Assembly (NCBI GenBank): GCA_000708835.1
Contig: DF236960.1
Coordinates: 338,982 to 402,981, forward strand
Length of the DNA: 64,000 nt
Reading direction: 5' to 3'
Source of the DNA: Klebsormidium nitens
Taxonomy: Eukaryota; Plantae; Klebsormidiophyceae
The notes under the pieces were generated by a model. The model was given only the letters and a program-made list of their open reading frames with translations. It was not told where the DNA came from and searched no databases. Positions 49,110 through 60,342 of this stretch are shown in pieces; the first letter of the stretch is position 1; the number at the start of each line of letters is the position of its first letter. The translations under genes and the position numbers were made by a program.

Positions 49110-51175
49110 CTGCCCGGGTTGAAGTCCCGGGGGGTAACTCTGGCGAATGGTCTCGGAGACGCCGCTTGAGACGTCGCCGGATGAGGTCGAGGACAGGGAA
49201 GGGACTCCGCTGAGAGCAGATTCTGCAAGAGAAGAACCGGTGAGGCCATGAACACTTCAACATCGCTTGCATTTCTTTTCAAAACATCTGAGAGAAGTTC
49301 TTGAATGCATTGTGCGGATTTGCCGTCAGACTGTGGCTTGGCTCCGTAAGATCTCGAGATATGCGACTTGTTTTTCTAGCGGAGATGTTGGCCCGTCAAT
49401 CAATCCAGGAAAGATGGGCTTCAAAGAAATGAAGTTTTTTCTTCAAAGGTCCAAGGACGCAGCCACCCCTGCCGACGGGCTACTAAAGCAAAGTCATGTT
49501 GCTCGTATCCTGTTTCGGCAACTGATTTGAGCACACGTTTCTGAGCGCAGAGTACCTCTCTGAATCTGAAATTAGGCAGATTTTACCAGAAGCTTATGCC
49601 AAAGATGGAGATTTCAACTCATGAGGGACGAGAACGACCGTGACTGGCCTGCAACTGGCTCAAAACCTTTCAGCAGAAATTCTGAAGTCGCAAGAGTCTA
49701 GTCTTTGCGGAAAGAAAGTACAGCAGTCACGTCAAAGCACAAACGGAATATCTTGCTCGTCACGAAAAAGAGACCTTGCTAAGTTGTGTTTTAGGTACAA
49801 GGATTGTCAAAAATGCCAAAAAGCTGGCTCCCCGCTTTGCACAAATGTTGGTCCTGCTACAAGCCTCCCCCTTAGGATGTTGAAAGATAGGCCTGGCTTT
49901 ATCAGGCAGATTTTCTATCTAGTTTTTTTTTTCTTGCGACTCGTTTGCACCGGCTTAGTCTTTCGGGCCTCACGACTTTGCTGTTCTCATGGTCAAGCAG
50001 CTTGACAAGACTTTACCATGCATTTGCGGAGCCCAGACAGCTTACCAGACTCGATGCTTCCCGAAGATGTATTATGAACTGCTCGCACAGGGCCTCCAAC
50101 CTGCCCCTCCGCAACTTTCTTTGAAGCCATCTCAGAAATCCAAACAAGGACCTTAGTCCTGGGAATGGTTAAGGATGACTCGCCAATGTAGAGTCTCGAG
50201 CGTCCGCAGACCTCTTGTGAGCGCGAGCTAAGCTTGGTACGCCAGAGACCGCGTGTGCCCAATTCTTGGAGTTAGTTTCTTCCGTGTTGCTCAACTTTTA
50301 AAAGTGAATAACTGAAGTGAACGCTTGAGATGCCTGGCCACCACTGCCAGCTCCCCAAAACGAACGAAACAAGTAAAAATAAACGGTTGGCTTGTTTAGT
50401 CAGCAGTTTTCGACTGCCGAATACTGTTCGCTCAAGAAGCCCAAATTTATGTGCGGTTGATCTGTCTGGCCGTCTACCCAGTGCACGTCTGTTTTGGCCT
50501 TCGTCAGTGATCGTGCCAAGACCTCTGACGGCGTTTAATCTCAAAATGATCGCAAGCAGAGATGTAGAAAGCCGCCTTTGCTTTACAAACTCAAGAATTC
50601 GCGACAGGAATGAGGCTTGGCTGGGTATGGAAGTGAATCGTAAGTTGATGTGACTAATCGATTGAGCTCTCTACTCCAAGCTACACTCAATTAAGCTACA
50701 CTTCAGGACAGAAATGGATTGAAGTTGATTAGGCTGCCCGAGAGGCGGTTCGCCACATCACAGGAGCCAGATAGTCATGTCAAAGGACGGGGAATAGTGA
50801 GAAAAATGTTGGCGTCACTGGCTCGAAGCTAGAACTACGGTAAATCCAGAGAAAACACTACAAGCGAGTGACGTAGACTGCCGCTCCATGCAATTTGGTG
50901 GCACTATGGTTACAAGTGAATGGCACAGGCTTTTTTGGATCTGTTGATCTAAAAGCGCCTGCAAAAAGGGAGATATTCTGCATGCGCACCCAAGATGCAT
51001 GCTCCAGAACTAAGTCAACAACCTGACGTCCGACGTGAATAATCGGTTGCGCAGACTTTCTTTCAGCGAATTTCACACCCAAATCCGCTTCTCACAGCCT
51101 AGGGCTCGAAAGCAAGTGGAAGTCGTGACCTGTAAGACCAGTTCTTATCACATCAGCATCTTCAGAAAATCACGC

Positions 51176-54078
51176 ATGGCAAAGGGAGGGCTCTTCGGTG
51201 CGCCCACAGTCACGGCGATGGCGGTTCTTCCTGTTTACCACCCTGGAGGCGAGGTGTCTCTCGGAGACTGTGAAGACATCTGCTATGTAAGTCCATGCTG
51301 CTAAATCTGACATGTCTGGTCCCTTGATGGACGAGAAGATTATCATAGCCTTATGTTCAAGAAGGTGATTAATGCTAGGTTTCTCAACTTTTTCTGGAAG
51401 CAATGTCAGTTGGGCGGTTGCCGTCTGCGAGCGAGGAAGCTTCGGGGATGACTCGGAACCCTTCTCTGCAATGCTGGAAAGATGAGCACAACAAGTTTTG
51501 CCTTCGTAGAAGGAATGTTCCGTGCTTCCCACGAAGCCGATTTGTTTGCTTTTATTCGATAATCCTGTGGTCACATCAAGAATTCAGGCCAATTTCATCA
51601 ATATACAGGTGTTTTGGACTTTCCATACACAGTATACGGGGCACACAAAGGCTTTGCCTCCTTGCTAACAAGGAAACCCGTTCTGCGTATCTGAATCACA
51701 CCCTTCGTTGGCTCATGGTTTCAGGACTCCGCCGACTCCCGGTCATGTCCTCGGCACAGCAACCAAGCGGTTTCCGGTCGGACCCGAGAAATCTACGCTC
51801 CATTTGGGCGAAGGTACTCCCGGCCGCTCGACTTCCAGGATCCACGGGTGCCACCGCTTTCAGGGACTGCCAATGGAACTCGGGTACGGCCCTCATATTT
51901 GATTGGAAGCTGGATAAGGTCAAAGAATATGCTTCGCTTGTCAAAGGCTGTCTGCTCAGAAGCATGATGACACCGGTGTTATTTACCTACGTACGCGTAC
52001 GTTTCTCAGCACACTTCCCCATCATGCACGCTCCGCGTAGCATTTCACGTTTAAAACAGAAGAGAGGCAATTCTCAACGATTTGGCCTTCTCTGGCTTAC
52101 TTTGCCAGAGAGCTCTTCAAGACGTCCTGACTCATCGAATTAACGCCACAGCTTTTGACCGTGCAAAAGTTTAGGGGCTGCGTTTTCTTGCAGGGACGCG
52201 CACTTTTTGACGTCACCGCTTACATCCGTAAGCACGTGGACGTTCTTCAGTTCCTCCCGGCTGACCCCCTTCAGCCCGTGAGACTATTCACAGTCTCCAG
52301 TTGCACGAGCCGGCTGAAAACTCTGTCTGGCGGAGTCGTGGTCCGCGTTGCTTCATATGGGCGCCGCACGTTCCGCCGGACAAGAGCTGTTCTGACCGGA
52401 ACGGAAAATTCTGCTCCGAGGCCTCACGTGGCAAGCGGCTCCGCTGTGCTTCAGGTGGGCTCCTATGTCAACTTCCAATGGCGACAGACGCTGCAATTCT
52501 GAAGTTCGTTCTGAAATGTTATCGAGGTTCTATATGCGTCACGCTGATCGAAGGGCTTCTTCCGGGCGAAAGGGTTTTGCCTGCATATATGCAACGCCGG
52601 TTTTCAAAGGAGCCTTGGCACCTCCATTTTGGAAGTCTATCGGACCGTTACTCCAGCAAGAGTGTCAAGCCGGCAAAGACTGGGAACTTGAAGGCTCCTG
52701 ACATGCTTCGTCGCAAGCATTGCCGTACGGAGCAATGAGAAGCTTATACTACAGTTCTGCTGATGTAGAAACATGCCGCCTCAAGGCAGGATGGTGATTA
52801 CTTAGCCCTTCTTTTTTTCTGCTCAAAGACTGTGGACTAACTATTCCCGGCGCTTGGTCTGTTTTGTGCAGTGCACTGAGGACTCCGACGACATCGAGAA
52901 CCGTTCTGCGTCCGGAATTCCGACTAGGAACGAGCAAGCACGGCAGAACCATAAAGATTGTTTAGCTGCCGAGCTGAGTACCAAAGGGCTCTGGTCTTTC
53001 GCCCGCTGCGAGGCTGTGGCGGAAGCGCTGCTCCGCCGGACGGAACGGGAGTGGCGGAACATGGCCGAATTTTTCAAAGACGCGCGCGCGCAGACGGGGG
53101 CCGCTGCTAAGGCGCTCTTGGAAGCGGCGTTGCGAAAGGTAGGTCTGGCTTTGTGAATATCTAGCACGCTTTCGCAATTGGATTATGTGCACATCGGTGG
53201 CCGAAATCTGTCAGAAGAGTTTTTGCAAAGGGCATCCCAGACCTCAGAGCGCGCGTTCGAAGGATCGTATTCTCGCTGGAATCTGCGAACGACCCACGTA
53301 CTTGCTTGAGCCTGCCAGTCTAGCGCGTCTGTAGAAGAGTGATATTGTTTTGCATTATAGATCCACGTACAGCCTGATACGAAGCATGTCTCCGTCCCAT
53401 GTCGATGACCATTATGGGTCATGACTCATCAGCGGAACCATTCGTACAGATCGACGAAGCTTCAGACCAGGACTTAACGGACATACTCACGGAGCTGCGG
53501 TGCGACCTGGAGTCGGTACGCGGATGGTTCGCAAAGGAGCGCGCATTCGTTGAGGTGATATGATTGATTAATGCTACGTCCATGAAAATGCGGCAGCGTG
53601 GAGCGCCTCTTCTCTGATTGTGGAGAGACTGGAATCTGATTCAACGTGAGAACTTCAAGCCGAGTTCTTGAAAGCATGGAGAATGAAGTCCTAGCATGCG
53701 AGCTCAATTGTTGAAGCGGTCGAGGAAACTCTGCAGGCTTTCCCGTCGATCGTGCTTCTGCCACAGTAGTGCGCTCTCGTTGAAGAACTATAAGCACACG
53801 GTCGCAGAAACTGGCAAAACTGGAAGCTTCTGTGTCGCAATCAAAGCCGTTCTTTTTTAGGACTTTCATGTTGCTTCTCGTGTCTGCAGGAGTCTGCGCA
53901 CTTTGCTGTTGTCAGCGGACGTGCTATCCCCCCGGTCACCGCAAACCTGGTGGAACTCAACGTCCCAAGCACTCCGCAGAATGAGTACGTCCGATTACTG
54001 GAAGAGAACCCGGGGGCGAAGCGCTTTCTCGAACGTGCTGCCGCCCGCAAGAATCGACGCCAAACGCTTGCGGATTGA
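51176..54078 (+). CDS. Multi-exon hypothetical protein with a helical C-terminal region
   Basis: Candidate exons 51176-51286, ~51.8-52.0 kb, 52194-52277, 52872-53138, 53450-53554 and 53890-54078. The last three join in phase: ...ALLEAALRK / IDEASDQDLTDILTELRCDLESVRGWFAKERAFVE / ESAHFAVVSGRAIPP...QTLAD*. The 5' part is uncertain. Confidence 0.55.
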
Positions 54079-54439
54079 TACCTTCAAGGTCTGCCAGTAG
54101 TTCCACGTTCTGTATCAGAACTTTCTCCCGTAATGTTACTGTCCGCAGTATCAGGCCGCAATCAGATGATTGTTTGGAGGTTAAGCGGACGGGTTTAGCT
54201 CGTCGCTTCAACGATACTTGCCTTTGTTTAGACGTCTTGAACGAGTTTCATAGCTTTGCACGTCTGATGCATGCCGCACAATTCAGAAACTTCTTTGTGA
54301 GGCCCATCGCGTTTGAGACTCTGAAATATCAGCGTCCTAATGTTTTTGAAAATGCTAGCATTCTTGGGCTGTAAACCCGTGCCGATCCTACATCCAACAA
54401 AGAAGATTGGTGACAGGTACTGGTCTTATATATTGTGTA

Positions 54440-54535
54440 TTCGACAGGGTGGGGACGGGTGCGGAGCGTGTAAACCATAGGTTTAGGTTTTTAGTTTGGT
54501 GTTGCTGTTACCCTTCATGGCGCTTACCCTTCATG
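54440..54535 (+). repeat. Truncated copy of the G-rich-core family
   Basis: GGGTGGGGACGGGTGCGGAGCG...GGTTTAGGTTTTTAG followed by the dimeric right arm TTACCCTTCATGGCGCTTACCCTTCA. Confidence 0.5.
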
Positions 54536-55297
54536 AAATCGAGAAATATCCGACTCACCAACCCGAGCATGGGAAAGCACCGGCCATGATGGGGAAGTTC
54601 ACAAGCGACGTACAATCAGGATCGTGCATATATTATAGTACATTTGTCTCTGGAAACTGAGTGAGTGGTCCAAGTCGGTTCGATCGGGCCGAACAAGATG
54701 GATCAACGAGGCACATGCATCAACCAGCATTAGTGCATGGACAACAGTGACTGTCATGCAGTTGGATAAAGGAAACATGCCTGCAGTATGCTTTCAGGTG
54801 GACGCAATCTCAGGCTTCTTTCAGATTCTACATGCAAATGCATACTCTCATGAGTTGGGCGTACACTTTGAGTCGTAACAGCATTAAATGAGAGTGAGTG
54901 ATTAAGATTCGAATCTACAAGGTCGAGAGCTTCGCACCAAACAAGCGTACGGATGGGCCTTCGTCAACGTCTACTAAGTTTCTATTGTGGTGGATTCTGT
55001 TTAAGTGGATGGTCTTACTCGAAATGTTCAGTGTCATTTTGTGCCTAAAGGATTGACCTATGATTTCTACCCTCTTAGCAGTAACTGAAGGAAAGAGTTG
55101 CTGTACCGAACCCACCAAAACAACGAAACTGTAGTCCTCATGTGAGCAGCATGAGGAGAGTGCTCCGGATCCAGAGTGCTTCCATAGTACCCTCATATTC
55201 TACTACGCTCACAAACACACCCACTTATCATCTTACATACTCTTAAACCCACACAATCTCACACGAATCGAGCCTGCTTAATTTGGCATGCGCAATT

Positions 55298-58200
55298 TTA
55301 ACACACCATGGTCTTCTCCAGGTAACATGGCTCAAGTCCTGGAGCCTCCGCGTTTGCCGCCGCCTCGTGTGCGTGATGATACTTGTACACGGCGCGGCGC
55401 GGCCGCGGCTTCGCGTCCTCGGCAGAGGGGCTGCTTCCGCACGGGAACGCGGCCGGCCGCTTCTTCGAAGAGGCGGCGTTGGCGCGGCCGGCTTCGCGGC
55501 AGGGGACGGCCGCAGGGTTCTGGATGACCTGAGCCAAGCAATGGTTTATGCGGCAGACTTGGGCGCTCGGCTTCTGGTTGGAGGGAACGGCCGCATGCTT
55601 AGGGCTGACGTCAGTCGCGTACAGCCCCTGGCAGCGGCAGGCCGTAGCGCGTGGCTTCTTCATGGAGATGTGTAAGGCGTCTGAGCGGAGCGCGTAGAAA
55701 AGGCATCGGCCTTTGCAGGCCACCGCGTCCGGCGCCTCAGCGCCCTCGGCGGCTGACGTGTCGTACACGTCACCGTAAACGGCCTGCCAGACGCCAGCAA
55801 CGGCGAAGAAGGCCTCGAAGTCGTCGGCTTCCGGTTCGTAGCTGCAAGAGCAACAGTGAGAGGGGCGTAAGCGGTTGGCGTAAGAATGCGCGCGATAGAA
55901 AGTCGAGCGATCTCAGGGACATAAGCGACGCGTTCAGATGTTTTCCTGAAAGCAGACGTCGTGAAAAGAACGGACGACATCCGCAACGGACGACATCAAC
56001 AGAGAGGCGAAAGCAAAGTTCAATATTAGCAGAGAGTGTCCAAAACTTTGGCCGACTGGCTGACGTTCTGAGCTTAATGAAGAATGGATGGCTGGCAGTT
56101 GAGCAGATGTGCAGGAATGCAAGTGTCTGCCCGTTCATGATTCCTTTGACGCGATCCGCCAGAACTTCTGCTGAGCTTATGTGTCATAACAAGTAACGGG
56201 AAGCCGCCGGGTGCTTACGTGTCGTCGTGGCCGATGACGTCGCCCATCAGACGGATGCAGTCAGCCGCATAAGCCAGCGGTGACCGTTGATGGGCATGCC
56301 ACATGAGATCGACGTCGCGGGTGGGGATGATGGACATGCCGGTGTCGCGAGTCTTGTGAGCCAGGTGCAAGAACTTGCGGTAACGCTGCAGAGCGTTCTC
56401 CAGGTACGCCGTTTCCTGCGTTTACGAGTCCGGCGAAAGCGAATAAGACACCTGGAAAGTGCACGGGTCGCAAGCTTGAAGAGAACACCCTTTTTTCCTC
56501 GGAATCGGCAAGAACAAACTTTGTTTCAGAGTTTTTTGGCCGCCCAACTGGCATGGGAGTGCACGTGAGTGTCTAAGCACTACTTCAAGAGTCGCGTTTT
56601 GAGATATGGACAGGGAAATCCGCGCTGTAAGCTCAACCCAAATTAGTCCCGTCTTTAAAGTTCAGCGCTTTCAAAACTCTACCTTGAGAATTCAAGATCT
56701 GAGAGATTCACCAGTACCCCGGTGCAAATTGAGACTGCAGATCATTCCCGTTAGAACACGGGAATGATCACAATCACTTACGTTGATTCTCGGCTCGTTT
56801 GCGCAGACCTCGCCGTAAAACATCTTCTGCCTGGCCATGGCTGCAAGAACGTAGGACTCAATCGCGGACAGCTCCTTTCGGTTCGCCGGCTCGGACGCGT
56901 CGGACAGCGCCCACGGCTCGCCCGGATATTCGGACGCCCACAACGACATGGCGGTGCCGAGCGCCAGGGCCTTGTCCTTGATCACGGAGTGGTCCAAAAC
57001 CCGCCCAGCTAGTTGCTCGCACTCCGCACGGTAGGCGAGCTGCCAACGTAGACAGAAACTTGTGAGGCCGTGATTCGCCTAGCTTGAAGGAAGGACAGGT
57101 TTCAAAATTGAGGTGGTCGAAAGATACGGCTTGAGTACCACTGTATGCGCCCCGGACCGCAGGCATTCTTGGGGCTGCAGGTAGAGTTCTAATTGAACCA
57201 CCGCACGTTGAAAGCACTTTCTTGCAACTCCCGCGGCCATCTTGAGATCTCTCACTTCAACGGCCATCTTGATTTCTCTCAGATTGATCGAGCCCACCAA
57301 GATAAAACCGTCTGGATTTCCGAACTTTAGTTGTCAAGTCCAACGTCATCCCGGGAAAGTTTTGGACCCTGTCTTTATTTACCCCAGAGCAATGTGGTCA
57401 GTTTCTATCGACGAGGACAAAAGGTCTGTGACCTTTAAAGAATGTATCCAGGAACCGCAGACACACCCTGCAATCATGACAATATTGGAGCCTTTTCCAT
57501 CCACAGGCGAGAGAAATGAGGAGGGCAGACTCACGGGATTGAGCAGATGGCAGTGCCAGGCCCACTCGACGTCAAGGGGGGGCATCAGCTCCGCGCTCTC
57601 GCCGTGCTTGGCCAGCAGAGGCAGCCAGAAGCGAGCGTATCTACAGGGCAGGCCATGATAATAAGTTTTGCAATGACAACAAGAGGGGAGAAAAGTTGCC
57701 CACAGAGACTAAGAGTTCTTTGCGTCAAAGCTGCCATCGAGTTCAGGATGCCTTTGATCCTGGTTTTTGATCTTGAACCCGTGCGATCGACGACAAGGCA
57801 GCCATCGGACGGCTCAAGATCAGGAAACAGGCTCGGAAAGTTTGGAACTGGATGGCAGGTCTGACGCAATCCGCTGTACAAAACGCCGTCTGCAATCAAG
57901 TTCGAGCAATGGACACCCGTAGCAGCACCATCCGTATACAGGCATTTCTCAGGGGTGAGCACGAAACTTTCCGCACAGGAAGTTCAGAGATACCACTGTT
58001 TCAATGTGGCCAACAAGCTTTCTATCTGTTCCAAGCAAAAGGCAGTCAAGCCTCCTAAAAGAAGACCATTCCGACAGCTTTCAGGTCGCAGCAAAACCAG
58101 AAACAGCTTGAAGACCCCAGACCAATGAATGCCGGAAGCGAAATCTTACCTTCTGACGATCTTGAGCGCGTTCTCGGGCGCGTGCAGCTGGTTCGCGCCC

Positions 58201-58475
58201 TCGACAGCTGCCAGAAACTTGACCTGCGCGCGCGCGCGCGCCACAAGATCGTCGGAGATGACGATGCGCGCCGCGGCCGCGTTCTCCTCCTCTTGGCAGC
58301 TGCCCAGCGGCACGCTGACGTCAGCGGGCTTCTCGGCGAGATGGGGCTGGACAGCTGGCCCAGGAGTCCATATGCACGTCGCAGCAGCCCGTGTGACGTC
58401 ACTGCCTTGCTTGCAGGGACGCGCGCTCAGTGGTGCCTTCTTCCCGGAGGAATGAGCAGCGCAGATTGCAGCCAT
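55298..58475 (-). CDS. Glycine-rich domain-containing protein (GRDP)-like, DUF1399 family
   Basis: Phase-consistent exons 58475-58150, 57640-57535, 57039-56782, 56415-56219 and 55841-55298. Signature motifs RYARFWLPLL, PPLDVEWAWHCHLLNP, AAMARQKMFY and ALQRYRKFLHL...IPTRDVDLMWHAHQRSPLAY...VIGHDD. Confidence 0.88.
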
Positions 58476-60342
58476 GTTTTCCGGAAAAGGGTGCCGGAAC
58501 AAGTAGAGGGCTTTGTTGAGCAAGGTTGGCAGAGATCCAAGCTGGGACGAATGCAATTGGGAGCTGTTGGGAGAGCTGGGGAGTTGTTGAGTGGCTTGAA
58601 TGCGGATGGAGGCAGCTAGCTTCTGGGGATTGCTTCTGATCGAGATTGTGCTCCAGGCTTTATAGGAGCCGCAGTCCGACCACCATGAGCACCCAGTCTT
58701 AGAGCTAGTCGATGACATGATGCAATAGAGTCATTCAGTGCTTCAATGCGGAAGAGACAATGGGCTGCGCGAGGGCCCGCGGCTCAGCCTCTCAGGTCAA
58801 CAGTAGTTACAAAGGCCGTCATAATGAGTCCAGCCCAGCTGCCTCGACTGATAACAACCACTGTTAGTGCTCAGCTCAGGCTCTCACGGTAGCAAGTAGA
58901 CAGAATCCTCAATCTTGCAGCCGTACAGCTAATCATTGGAGTGCATATAAGTCCGTGGACCTGCGCTTGCAGGTATGTGCCCACTGCCCAAGTGCCACCA
59001 TTGCGACTCGGTGAAATTTGAATTGTTCAACGTCGAAGCCGTCCCGGTCTGTAATATTGGTGTCGCGTCGTTCGCTGCCGTATTTCCCCCCGGGCCCCTT
59101 TTCTGGGGCCGGCCGCGCGTCGGCCGGGGTGGGTTGCGCATTTGACGAATGCTTCGGCTGAACCGAAGCAGCTGAAGACCACACAGCTCACGTATCATCA
59201 GTTGTATGGCTCCAAGGTCATGCACCGGATCCTTGCGCCGTTGCAGCTGCTCTGACCCTATCCGTCTGGCGGGGTCTCACTACGGGCTCACTACTAGTAC
59301 TAGTAGGACCGAATTATTAGCCCCGCCGCTTTTGCTAGTGACGTCTGATCAGGGACGTCTAGCGCATTAGCCGGAGGGCTTCTGAACAAGTAGTCAACCA
59401 GAGTCTTCTCATGATCGATTGCTAATGCACGCAGCTGCTTCTGTTTTCACTAGCTTGCAAGCCCAGCTTGCAACCGTCCAGTGGTCAAGTCAAACTTTAT
59501 AGCCGCGAGTGCCGGTACTCCTCCATTTCAATATTAAGCAGACTGGCTGCCGCTTTTCTTGACCTCCATGAACGTCCGCGGGCATTGACAGCTGGTCCCT
59601 CCTCTCGCTGCTCTGCTGGCCGGCTGGCTAACCAATAGTGTAGGTATTCTCCACGCACAAAAAGCTGCATTCATGACGGGCGGGCGTTTGCCAGCTTTCA
59701 AAGATTGCCAACAAGGCAGTAGTGCTTACTGGACGTCTCAAAACAGCTGCATTTGACTGAATCGCCGGCACAAATACTTGGATACCGAGCACACCCGTAC
59801 CGGACCATCTCTTGATGTAGGCGCACACTGTGGCCTGGACGGTAGTAATCTCTGCTTTCAAGCTTAGGTTAGAGAGTTTTGCATTGCGCCAACCGACTGC
59901 TCATGGATAACTGATCAGTGGTCTCTCAATTGGAGTTCGGTGCGGGTTTACCAGCTTGCTAGCTGCCAACTGTCACCGTATGCCTAGCTCCTACTTAGTT
60001 ACACTGCTCCTTATGCTGAAGCGCACAAAAGAGCAGATGGATGTGTTCCGCCAAATCCACCTGACCATACTCCGTTTCGGCCGCAGCTAAGACAGAGATC
60101 CGTATAATAAGAACGCTTCTAGCACATCCCGAGCCAGCACCTCACTTGCTTGCAATTGGTAATCTGATGCATACGACGATCAATCAGCAGGGCTGATGAG
60201 CTTTGGACTGTTCTGATTGAGCTCGACTGAAGGAGAGTAGTATGGGCGGTGCAGCTGTTAGCTGCACCCGACAGTAGCTTCGACAGAAAGTGGCGGTCTT
60301 TATTCGTCCACGTTCATTGATCCCTGATCGAGCTTCGAAATT

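Noticed and set aside
53474-54211. Minus-strand ORFs of 131 and 84 aa
   Set aside because: They are antisense or intronic to the better-supported plus-strand exons at 53450-53554 and 53890-54078.
55233-55237. TGTAA (algal poly(A)-signal-like) downstream of the GRDP stop, and similar motifs after MATE
   Set aside because: A pentamer occurs often by chance, and the poly(A) signal of this lineage cannot be assumed without 3' end data.
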